A stretch of 64,000 bases of DNA. It comes from Bacteroidota bacterium (lineage in GTDB: Bacteria; Bacteroidota; Ignavibacteria; Kryptoniales; JAKASW01). How positions within the stretch are numbered: the first letter of the stretch is position 1; each line of letters starts with the position of its first letter. The stretch covers positions 18,955 to 82,954 of the forward strand of contig JAJYRM010000002.1 in the NCBI GenBank assembly GCA_021794075.1, written 5' to 3'. The translations under genes were made by a program, and so were the position numbers. Of the stretch, positions 41,604-50,341 are shown one piece after another. The notes under the pieces are model-generated. The model saw nothing but the letters and a program-made list of their open reading frames with translations. It did no database searches and was not told the origin of the DNA.

Positions 41604-42902
41604 ATGAAAAGTCTCAACACAAAGAAGAGCAGCAAACTTTTTTCAGAAGCAAAGAAATATCTACCCGGCGGAGTCAACTCTCCGGTGAGAGCGTTCAAAT
41701 CGGTAAAGCGGGATCCTCTTTTCATAAGCAGGGCCAAGGGGGCGTACATATTTGATGTTGACGGCAACAAGTTCATCGACTATGTCGGTTCTTGGGGGCC
41801 GATGATACTCGGCCACGCGCAACCTGCGGTTGTGTCCGCCATAAAGAATTCGGCATCGAGCGGTACGAGCTTTGGCGCTCCAACCGCTTCCGAGGTGGAG
41901 ATGGCGAAGCTTGTGGGGAAGATGATGCCTTCGGTAGAAGTAGTTCGGATGGTCAACAGCGGGACTGAGGCGACGATGAGTGCAGTTCGCGTGGCGCGCG
42001 CTTTTACGAACAGAGAAAAGATCATTAAGTTCGCCGGATGCTACCATGGTCACTTCGACAGCTTCCTGATAAAAGCTGGCTCTGGGGCGACTACGTTTGG
42101 TACGCCCGATTCGCCCGGCGTTCCGAAGGAGCTTGCCTCCAAGACGCTGGTAGCAGAGTTTAATAGCCTCGAATCCGTCAAGAGGCTCTTCGACGATAAC
42201 CCTGGCGAGATTGCGGCGATAATAGCTGAGCCTGTCGTCGGCAACATGGGGGTCGTCAATCCGGTCGGCGGATTCCTGCTCGGACTGCTCGACATAGCTC
42301 ATTCGAACGACGCACTTCTGATTCTAGATGAGGTAATGACGGGCTTTCGTCTGGCGCGTGGCGGCGCGCAGGAAATATTCGGGATCAGGCCAGACCTGAC
42401 CACATTCGGAAAAATTATCGGAGGCGGTCTTCCGGTAGGGGCTTACGGCGGACGAAGCGAAATAATGAGGATCGTATCTCCGGACGGGCCGGTTTATCAG
42501 GCGGGCACACTCTCAGGTAACCCGCTCGCGATGGCCGCCGGGTTGGCACAACTCAAGATACTCGATCGGCAGAGGGGGATTTATAAACGTTTGGAGAATC
42601 TCGGAAAATTGCTGGAGGATGGTATCAGGGAGAATCTCGCCAGGTTGGGGATGAACTTCAGGCTTAATAGAGCGGGCTCGATGTTCACGCTGTTCTTCAC
42701 GGCGAATGAAGTGCGTGATTTTCAATCGGCGCTTGCGAGCGACACGGCAAAGTTTGCCGCGTACTATGGCGAAATGCTGAAACGTGGAGTTTATCTCCCG
42801 CCGTCGCAGTTCGAAGCGGCTTTCATTTCCGCCGCGCATACGGAGAGAGATATTGAAAAGACAATAGCCGCGAATTACGATTCGCTGCTGTCTATAAAAT
42901 GA
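41604..42902 (+). CDS. hemL: Glutamate-1-semialdehyde 2,1-aminomutase
   Basis: YLPGGVNSPVRAF, DEVMTGFR and TFGKIIGGGLPVGA (PLP Lys). The ATG at 41604 follows GGAGAAAAA, so I trimmed the track ORF. Confidence 0.96.
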   Translation: MKSLNTKKSSKLFSEAKKYLPGGVNSPVRAFKSVKRDPLFISRAKGAYIFDVDGNKFIDYVGSWGPMILGHAQPAVVSAIKNSASSGTSFGAPTASEVEMAKLVGKMMPSVEVVRMVNSGTEATMSAVRVARAFTNREKIIKFAGCYHGHFDSFLIKAGSGATTFGTPDSPGVPKELASKTLVAEFNSLESVKRLFDDNPGEIAAIIAEPVVGNMGVVNPVGGFLLGLLDIAHSNDALLILDEVMTGFRLARGGAQEIFGIRPDLTTFGKIIGGGLPVGAYGGRSEIMRIVSPDGPVYQAGTLSGNPLAMAAGLAQLKILDRQRGIYKRLENLGKLLEDGIRENLARLGMNFRLNRAGSMFTLFFTANEVRDFQSALASDTAKFAAYYGEMLKRGVYLPPSQFEAAFISAAHTERDIEKTIAANYDSLLSIK

Positions 42903-42946
42903 GAAGCGATTCTTATGAAGGAGAGAACCCGAGTAGGGGCCCTGAA

Positions 42947-43240
42947 CTACTTTGCCGGCTCAGTCGGAGTTTTGGAAGTCTCGCCCGCCTTCTTCTTTCC
43001 CCTGTACATGATCCCTATGGGAATGATCACCAGGTAACCGATGAAGAGAAGAACTGGAACGAGATCGAGCGGTATGAAGCCGTAGACGGAGTCGTTCGTG
43101 GCAAGGAGAACGTACGTGGCAATTATCAAGGCTGCGCCGGCGATAACGATCATATAGTTTGTCCGGTTGAACGGCATCTCAGCCTGGATTTTAGATTTCC
43201 TGTGCCGTTCTGTCCTTCTGCTTTTTACTGCTCTTGCCAT
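42947..43240 (-). CDS. DUF3098-like small membrane protein
   Basis: A basic N terminus, then FNRTNYMIVIAGAALIIATYVLL and a second TM helix, which is the typical DUF3098 layout. Start is M at 43240 or 43177. The antisense + ORF 42899..43267 looks random. Confidence 0.6.
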   Translation of the reverse strand: MARAVKSRRTERHRKSKIQAEMPFNRTNYMIVIAGAALIIATYVLLATNDSVYGFIPLDLVPVLLFIGYLVIIPIGIMYRGKKKAGETSKTPTEPAK

Positions 43241-43531
43241 TTCGCGAAATCCTTTTTTACAATATAAAGTCATGAGAGGATTTAATTCAATATCCGGCGT
43301 AAAACCGCTTGACTATTTTAGAGGAAATCGTCAACTTGGTAACCGATAAAGTCATCGATAACTATTGTAAGAATGGTTTGTTTTCGAGCGTTTCTTGCGG
43401 TGTGGAGGCCCTCAAGAGTAGCGGCTTCTTCGCTCGCTCTCACAGCTTGTTCGACGAGCAGCTTTAAATCGATGTTAGTTACGCTTTCCGTGAATACCGA
43501 TTTGTGAAAAAGTCATTCAGAAGGTCAGAAT

Positions 43532-44803
43532 ATGCTGTACTATGCTAGAGGTTCCACGAATGCCAATCTTAAGCCCGAAGATCTGAAGAATGGATTATAC
43601 GAAGCCCTTGGCAAATTGGGGGCTCGCAAGAAAGTGGTTGCTATTCCACCCGACATCACCAGGCTCCATTCTCAGTCGGGTGTTCTCACCGAACTCGCGT
43701 GGTCATATTTTGGCGAAAACCTCACGGACATAGTGCCGTCCACGGGTACTCACGTTCCAATGACCGAGAGCGAAATCGGAATGATGTACGGAAAAACTCC
43801 AAAGAGTCTTTTCCGAGTACATGATTGGAGGAACGGCTTCGTGACCCTCGGCGAGGTGCCTCCCGATTATGTCCGTGAAATTTCCGGCGGTGTTGTGGAT
43901 TATCCGATACCAATACAGGTTGACAAGCTCGTCGCGCAGGGGGGGCACGACCTCATACTCTCAATTGGTCAGGTCGTTCCCCACGAAGTAATCGGCATGG
44001 CCAATCATAACAAGAACGTTTTCATCGGTACTGGCGGGAAGGAAGGGATCAACAAATCGCATTTCCTTGGCGCGGCGTACGGAATGGAGAAGATAATGGG
44101 ACGCGCGGACACTCCCGTAAAGAGGGTCCTGAATTACGGCTCCGATCATTTCGCGAAGCATCTCCCGATTGTCTATGTCTTGACCGTCATCGACAAGGAT
44201 GAAAAGAACAATAACGTTGTCAGAGGACTCTTCGTCGGCGACGACCTCGAATGTTTCAACATGGCCGCGGAGCTTTCGCTTAAAGTGAATTTCTTCATGG
44301 TCGAAAAACCTCTGAAGAAGGTTGTCGTTTATCTCGATCCGACGGAATTCAAATCCACATGGCTTGGCAACAAGTCGGTCTATCGTACGCGCATGGCGAT
44401 CGCGGACGGCGGAGAGCTGATTGTGTTGGCGCCGGGTCTTAATACTTTCGGCGAGGATAAGAAAATTGACGAGCTCATCCGCAAGTACGGTTACGTCGGC
44501 ACGCCAAAGGTGCTCGATCTTGTTAATAAGAACGAAGATCTTAAATCTAACCTGAGCGCGGCGGCACACCTGATACATGGTTCCTCAGAGGGAAGATTCT
44601 CGATAACTTACTGCCCCGGTCACCTGACGAAGGAAGAGGTTGAGAGTGTGAATTTTAAATTCAACGACCTCGATACGATGACTAAACTGTATGACCCGAA
44701 GAAGATGAAAGACGGCGTGAACACGATGACGACTGGAGAGGAAGTGTTTTATATTTCGAATCCTGCCCTCGGATTATGGGCACACAAAGATCGTTTCAAA
44801 TAG
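43532..44803 (+). CDS. LarA-family (DUF2088, nickel-pincer-dependent 2-hydroxyacid racemase/epimerase-like) protein
   Basis: 423 aa. The N-terminal VVAIPPDITR and the central GQVVPHEVIGMANHNK...GTGGKE..NKSH pattern are typical of lactate racemase homologues. Confidence 0.7.
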   Translation: MLYYARGSTNANLKPEDLKNGLYEALGKLGARKKVVAIPPDITRLHSQSGVLTELAWSYFGENLTDIVPSTGTHVPMTESEIGMMYGKTPKSLFRVHDWRNGFVTLGEVPPDYVREISGGVVDYPIPIQVDKLVAQGGHDLILSIGQVVPHEVIGMANHNKNVFIGTGGKEGINKSHFLGAAYGMEKIMGRADTPVKRVLNYGSDHFAKHLPIVYVLTVIDKDEKNNNVVRGLFVGDDLECFNMAAELSLKVNFFMVEKPLKKVVVYLDPTEFKSTWLGNKSVYRTRMAIADGGELIVLAPGLNTFGEDKKIDELIRKYGYVGTPKVLDLVNKNEDLKSNLSAAAHLIHGSSEGRFSITYCPGHLTKEEVESVNFKFNDLDTMTKLYDPKKMKDGVNTMTTGEEVFYISNPALGLWAHKDRFK

Positions 44804-44879
44804 ATAATAGATTGCAATGATTGTTATTCTGTCAATAGGAAAACGGGCTTTTAACTCTTAACTCAAAAGGGAATCCAGT

Positions 44880-46334
44880 ATGTCACAGAAAGCAGATATC
44901 GGCTTGATCGGGCTCGCGGTAATGGGTGAAAATCTTGTGCTGAACATCGAGAGCAGGGGCTTCACGGTCGCCGTGTTCAATCGTACGGTGGAGAAGGTTG
45001 ATCATTTTATGGGAGGCAGGGCCAAGGGGAAAAGTATTATCGGCGCTCACAGCATTGAAGAGCTCGTCTCTTCGCTGAAGACTCCGCGAAAAATTATGCT
45101 GATGGTCAAAGCCGGAAAGCCGGTGGACGAGTTCATCGAGCTCCTCATCCCTCACCTTGAGAAGGGTGATATAATAATCGACGGTGGGAACTCGCATTAC
45201 CCCGACACGATCCGCAGGACGAAGTACCTTGAGAGCAAAGGTCTGCAATACATAGGGACGGGCGTGTCCGGCGGCGAAGAGGGCGCGTTGTTGGGGCCCT
45301 CAATAATGCCCGGCGGCTCGCCTGGCGCCTGGCCGCACGTTAAGCCGATCCTTCAGTCGATAGCGGCGAAAGTCGAGGATGGCACTCCGTGCTGTGACTG
45401 GGTCGGCAGCGACGGAGCCGGACATTTCGTCAAGATGGTACACAACGGCATCGAGTACGGAGACATGCAGCTCATCACGGAAGCTTACCAGATAATGAAG
45501 GACCTTCTGGGCATGAACGCCGTGGAGATTCACGAAGTTTTCAAAGAGTGGAACACCGGCGATCTCAACAGCTATCTCATAGAAATCACGCGAGACATAC
45601 TCGCGTTCAAGGATGCCGACGGCAAGCCTCTTGTCGACAAGATTCTCGACACGGCGGGCCAGAAGGGAACAGGCAAATGGACGAGCGAGACTTCGCTGGA
45701 TCTCGGGATTCCCCTGACGCTGATAAGCGAGGCTGTGTACGGTAGGAGCCTTTCGGCTATGAAGGAACAGAGGGTCGAGGCGTCGAAAGTTCTCCGGGGA
45801 CCTGAGCCGTCTTTCAAAGGAGACAAGAAAGCGTTCCTCAAAGATCTTGAGAAAGCGTTATACGCGTCGAAGATTGTTTCCTACGCTCAGGGATTCACGC
45901 TTCTTCGGGCTGCGGCGGCGGAATACAAATGGAACCTCAACTACGGCGGTATTGCCCTTCTCTGGAGAGGCGGCTGCATCATCCGGAGCATATTCCTCGG
46001 CAAGATAAAGGAAGCTTTCGACAAGAATCCTAATCTCAGCAACCTTCTCCTCGATCCCTTCTTCAGTGATAAGATCGAGCAATCGCAGGATGGATGGCGG
46101 AGGGTTGTCTCGGCGGCGGTGATGAACGGGATCTGGGTGCCCGCGTTCTCCACGGCGCTTAGCTACTTCGACGGCATCAGGAATTCGCGTCTCCCGGCGA
46201 ATCTTCTCCAGGCGCAGCGCGATTACTTCGGCGCCCACCAGTACGAGCGTGTCGACAAGCCGCGCGGTGAATTCTTCCACACGAACTGGACCGGCCACGG
46301 CGGAGAAACGGCTTCGTCCACGTACCTGGCATGA
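44880..46334 (+). CDS. gnd: 6-phosphogluconate dehydrogenase, decarboxylating
   Basis: 484 aa with IGLIGLAVMGENLVLN, GGNS.Y.DT, GAGHFVKMVHNGIEYGDMQLI and WRGGCIIRS. Confidence 0.97.
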   Translation: MSQKADIGLIGLAVMGENLVLNIESRGFTVAVFNRTVEKVDHFMGGRAKGKSIIGAHSIEELVSSLKTPRKIMLMVKAGKPVDEFIELLIPHLEKGDIIIDGGNSHYPDTIRRTKYLESKGLQYIGTGVSGGEEGALLGPSIMPGGSPGAWPHVKPILQSIAAKVEDGTPCCDWVGSDGAGHFVKMVHNGIEYGDMQLITEAYQIMKDLLGMNAVEIHEVFKEWNTGDLNSYLIEITRDILAFKDADGKPLVDKILDTAGQKGTGKWTSETSLDLGIPLTLISEAVYGRSLSAMKEQRVEASKVLRGPEPSFKGDKKAFLKDLEKALYASKIVSYAQGFTLLRAAAAEYKWNLNYGGIALLWRGGCIIRSIFLGKIKEAFDKNPNLSNLLLDPFFSDKIEQSQDGWRRVVSAAVMNGIWVPAFSTALSYFDGIRNSRLPANLLQAQRDYFGAHQYERVDKPRGEFFHTNWTGHGGETASSTYLA

Positions 46335-46548
46335 ATCAAAACTCGAAATACGGCACTCTCGATCTTGGACAAACTCTAACGCATGAAATTCATTCCTTGA
46401 AATCGCAGTGCCACATCTGGCGGGTTGTTGTTCACTCGGCGCACCAATCTTTAGGAGCTTTGAATTTGTCAGAGTTTGGTAGTTCGGATTTAGTGCTTTA
46501 ATAAGATGAATCAAGAATTGACATCAAAAGGACTAACAGGAATTTTAC

Positions 46549-47631
46549 ATGAGAAATGACTTAAGTATACCACAAAGGGGCGCGCTGGATTTCCTTTCGC
46601 TCGGCGCGCTCGTTCACAGGCTAGACCCCGGCATTGTTCCGTTCCGCAAAGCGACCGAGTGCAAGATCCATGTCAGCGGCGGCGAATTTAACGTGGCGGC
46701 AAACCTCTCCGACTGCTTCCAGCTGAATACAGGCATCGTCTCGGCGATGGTCGATTATCCAATCGGGGATCTTATCGCCGAGCGTGTGAGGGCGATGGGC
46801 GTGAAGCCTTTCTACAAACGCTTCAAGCACAACGGCGTTAACGGACCTAACATGGCGACCGTTTACAGCGACACGGGGCACGGAATCAGACCTCCAGTCG
46901 TTTTTTACAATCGCTCGAACGAAGCGGCGGCCCAGCTCAAGCCGGGCGACTTCGACTGGAACGCGATATTCGCGGACGGAGTACGCTGGTTCCATAGCGG
47001 CGGCATTTTTGCGGCGCTTTCGGAGACCACCGGCGAGCTGATAATCGAGGGAATGAAAGCGGCGAAGAAGGCCGGCGCGATGACGAGTTTCGATCTGAAT
47101 TTCCGCGAGAAGCTCTGGAACATTTGGGGTGGGCAGAAGAAAGCCGTTGAAGTCATAGCGCGTATCGTCCAGAACGTCGACGTCCTTGTCGGAAATGAGG
47201 AAGATCTTCAGAAGGGTCTCGGGATCCCTGGACCCGAAGTGGCATCGAAATCGAAGCTCGACCCGACGACTTTCTTCGGCATGATAGATAAGGTCGTCGC
47301 CAAGTATCCTCACGTTAAGATCGTCGCAACGACTCTACGTGAAGTGCACTCGACAAACCATCATGGCTGGGGCGCAGTCGCGTGGGTTAACGGGAAGACG
47401 TACAGCTCTCCGACGGCGGACCTTCAGGTTCTCGACCGTGTGGGAGGCGGTGACGGTTTCGCCTCCGGATTCATCTATGGTCTTTTGACAGGCGAAACTC
47501 CTGATGAAGCGGTGAAACTTGGCTGGGCCCACGGTGCTCTGCTGACGACTTTCCCGGGCGATACGACGATGGCAACCGTGGATCAGGTTCGTGCGTTCGC
47601 CAAGGGGGGCTCGGCGAGAATACAAAGGTAA
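46549..47631 (+). CDS. PfkB-family sugar kinase (2-keto-3-deoxygluconate kinase-like)
   Basis: 360 aa. The C-terminal DRVGGGDGFASGFIYGLL is the PfkB signature 2 region. An N-terminal GGEFNVAANL is also present. Confidence 0.8.
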   Translation: MRNDLSIPQRGALDFLSLGALVHRLDPGIVPFRKATECKIHVSGGEFNVAANLSDCFQLNTGIVSAMVDYPIGDLIAERVRAMGVKPFYKRFKHNGVNGPNMATVYSDTGHGIRPPVVFYNRSNEAAAQLKPGDFDWNAIFADGVRWFHSGGIFAALSETTGELIIEGMKAAKKAGAMTSFDLNFREKLWNIWGGQKKAVEVIARIVQNVDVLVGNEEDLQKGLGIPGPEVASKSKLDPTTFFGMIDKVVAKYPHVKIVATTLREVHSTNHHGWGAVAWVNGKTYSSPTADLQVLDRVGGGDGFASGFIYGLLTGETPDEAVKLGWAHGALLTTFPGDTTMATVDQVRAFAKGGSARIQR

Positions 47632-48107
47632 TTGTGTGTGACCGTCACCATTAGGGGTGATGCAAGGCTGGTGGCGGTCACATCATGTGAAATTTGCTTG
47701 AAGGCCTAGTCTCCATTTGGTAAGTAGCTGGAAGTTCGCAAAGGGGCCAGGAGTGAAGGCGCTCAACAATGCGCCAGAAAGGGCGATCCGGCGCTCGGCC
47801 ATAAGAAGGCTTCTAATCGGTACATCACCTATTATTTACTTTGTTGAAGGCCAACTTGGATTTTCTCGCCTCGGGTGGGGAGAATCCGATTCCCATTTGC
47901 CGCAGCTCATGACCGCACCTGGCTGAGCCAGGTATTTCGCCGTTGACGTTCAGACCTTTCCTGAATTGAATCTCTTATCTTCCCTCTCTAATTTAGACTC
48001 GTCAGTGGGGCGGGCTCATTGCCCGCGCGGTATGCAGAAGCACCTACCTTGAATTAATTCTAATAACCTGAGAAACGCAGATATCGTCCGAAGGCGGTTC
48101 AGAAATC

Positions 48108-49742
48108 ATGTCTGATGGATGGTTAAGGCCGAGAAGGCTTTCACAACAGATAATCATATCGCTCACGATCATCGTAATGGTCGTTTCGGGCGTCTCCGGT
48201 TATATCAGCCTGAAGAACCAGGAAAAAGAAATCCTCCAGGCCATGATCAACGGAGCCGATCAACTGTCCAAAGGAATAACGAGCGCGACGTGGCATGCTA
48301 TGCTTGCCGACGACCGTTCGGCCGCATATGAAGTAATGCAGACTATCGCTGCTAATCCCGGAATCAGTCGTATAAGGATATTCAACAAGGAAGGACGGGT
48401 TATGTTCTCGACGAGGAATGTCGACGAGAACCAGGTAGACAAGAACGCCGAGGCTTGTGCCATGTGTCATTCATCTTCGCGGCCGCGGGTGAACATCGAC
48501 GCGTCTTCCAGAGCGAGGGTAATCAGAACCGGCGAAGGAAGCAGACAGCTCGCGATGATTACCCCCATTTACAATGAACCTTCATGCAGCGAGGCTCAAT
48601 GCCACGCGCATCCAAGAACGACAAGCGTGCTCGGTGTCCTTGATGTTGCCTTCGACCTGAAGCCGCTGGATTCCGAGCTCAACGCGGCCAGGGCCGAAGT
48701 CCTGGCGGTTACCGGCATCCAGATCGTCCTGATCGGACTCTTCATAGTCTTCTTCACTCGGCGTTTTGTTGACAGGCCTATAAACAAGCTTATCGCGGGA
48801 ACAAGAGCCGTCAGCAGGATGCAGCTCAACCAGGTTGTCGAAATCAGCTCGAGCGCTGAACTTGCCGAGCTAGCGCATGAATTCAATGTGATGAGCGAGC
48901 GGTTGAACAAGGCGATGGCAGAGTTGAACCAGGCGACGCAGGACCTGGAGCTCAAAGTTAAAGAACGGACGAAACAGCTCGAGGTGGCTCACCAGAAACT
49001 TCTACAGAGCGACCGCCTTGCCTCTCTCGGCCAATTGTCAGCGACTGTCGCGCATGAGATTAATAATCCTATATCGGGCGTGCTGAACCTCGCCATGCTC
49101 CTCGATCGCATCATGAAGGAGGACGGCATACCGCGCGAACGCGTTGCCGAGTTCAGAAAGTACCTCGGCCAGATCATAGACCAGACGACAAGGGTAGGAA
49201 GAATAGTATCCGACCTCCTAGCCTTTTCGCGGAGATCAAAACCGCAGAGCTCGAACGCGGATCTGAACGCGATTATCAGGAGCACGCTAAGCATACTCAG
49301 GCATAGATTGGAGCTTGGGAACATTGCCGCAAATCTCAAACTCTCCGATTCGCTCCCGCTCGTGGAATGCGATGGATCGCAGATGCAACAGGTAATAATA
49401 AACCTTGTCATGAACGGCGCGGAAGCTTGTCGTAACAGGGGTAAGGGAGAAATTTCGATAGAGACCCGGCATGAGGAGAATTCCATAATACTGGAAATCT
49501 CGGACACCGGAGATGGTATCCCCGCGGATGTATTGCCGAAAATCTTCGATCCGTTTTTCACGACAAAGGACGATGTGAAAGGGGTCGGGCTCGGTCTCTC
49601 CGTGGTCTATGGAATAATTGACGCTCATGGCGGCGATATCGAAGTGAACAGCGTGCCGGGCAAGGGAACGAATTTTAAAGTCACTATCCCGATGAAGAAA
49701 GGCCAGGCCAAGCCGTCGGATACCGGCGGAGCGTCTGCTTGA
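48108..49742 (+). CDS. Sensor histidine kinase with a periplasmic domain carrying c-type heme-binding motifs; HAMP-HisKA-HATPase
   Basis: 544 aa. Two TM helices flank a domain of about 150 aa that contains CAMCH (CXXCH) and CSEAQCH (CX4CH). HAMP follows, then the H-box SATVAHEINNP, then N, G1 (DTGDGI) and G2 (GVGLGLS) boxes. Confidence 0.88.
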   Translation: MSDGWLRPRRLSQQIIISLTIIVMVVSGVSGYISLKNQEKEILQAMINGADQLSKGITSATWHAMLADDRSAAYEVMQTIAANPGISRIRIFNKEGRVMFSTRNVDENQVDKNAEACAMCHSSSRPRVNIDASSRARVIRTGEGSRQLAMITPIYNEPSCSEAQCHAHPRTTSVLGVLDVAFDLKPLDSELNAARAEVLAVTGIQIVLIGLFIVFFTRRFVDRPINKLIAGTRAVSRMQLNQVVEISSSAELAELAHEFNVMSERLNKAMAELNQATQDLELKVKERTKQLEVAHQKLLQSDRLASLGQLSATVAHEINNPISGVLNLAMLLDRIMKEDGIPRERVAEFRKYLGQIIDQTTRVGRIVSDLLAFSRRSKPQSSNADLNAIIRSTLSILRHRLELGNIAANLKLSDSLPLVECDGSQMQQVIINLVMNGAEACRNRGKGEISIETRHEENSIILEISDTGDGIPADVLPKIFDPFFTTKDDVKGVGLGLSVVYGIIDAHGGDIEVNSVPGKGTNFKVTIPMKKGQAKPSDTGGASA

Positions 49743-50341
49743 ATCGCGGGATTTATATCTCGCCTGTTGGCATGGTCGGTGACGAAACGATCACCGTCAT
49801 GGCTCGCTTTGTGAGCGAAATGTTCGGATTCGAGGTGGTGAGACATACTTCTTTTCCCGAACCAGATTTCGCTTATGACGCGAGACGCGGCCAATTTAGC
49901 TCCACGCTTATACTCAAAAATTTGGCGAAGGTTTGCCCGTCCGGTGCCGTTAAATTTCTCGCCGTCACGGAAGCCGATATTTTCATTCCGATGGTGACGT
50001 TTGTGTTCGGTCAGGCTCAGCTTTCTGGGAAGGTCGCTCTCGTCTCGTTGGCGCGATTATCGCAGGAATACTACGGCCTGGCTGAGAATAGCGATATTAA
50101 GATTCGGCGCGCGCGGAAGGAAGTCGCTCATGAGCTCGGGCACACTTTCGGACTCGTGCATTGCAGGGACAGGTCGTGCATAATGTCGCTGTCGACTGAG
50201 ATTCTTCAGGTCGATGTGAAATCTGAAGATTTCTGTCCGGGCTGCTGGGCCATGCTTTCGGAAGAACTGGCTGCGCAGAAAGTCGTGGGACGAAAGGGAC
50301 ATTTGGAAACGCAGAAAAAGTTTGTGGAGGCGCGAAGATGA
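49739..50341 (+). CDS. amzA: Archaemetzincin-like zinc metallopeptidase (M54)
   Basis: 200 aa. HELGHTFGLVHCRDRSCIMS...CPGC matches the HExxHxxGxxxC...C.M...CxxC archaemetzincin signature. Its start and stop overlap the HK stop and the RR start. Confidence 0.8.
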   Translation: MNRGIYISPVGMVGDETITVMARFVSEMFGFEVVRHTSFPEPDFAYDARRGQFSSTLILKNLAKVCPSGAVKFLAVTEADIFIPMVTFVFGQAQLSGKVALVSLARLSQEYYGLAENSDIKIRRARKEVAHELGHTFGLVHCRDRSCIMSLSTEILQVDVKSEDFCPGCWAMLSEELAAQKVVGRKGHLETQKKFVEARR

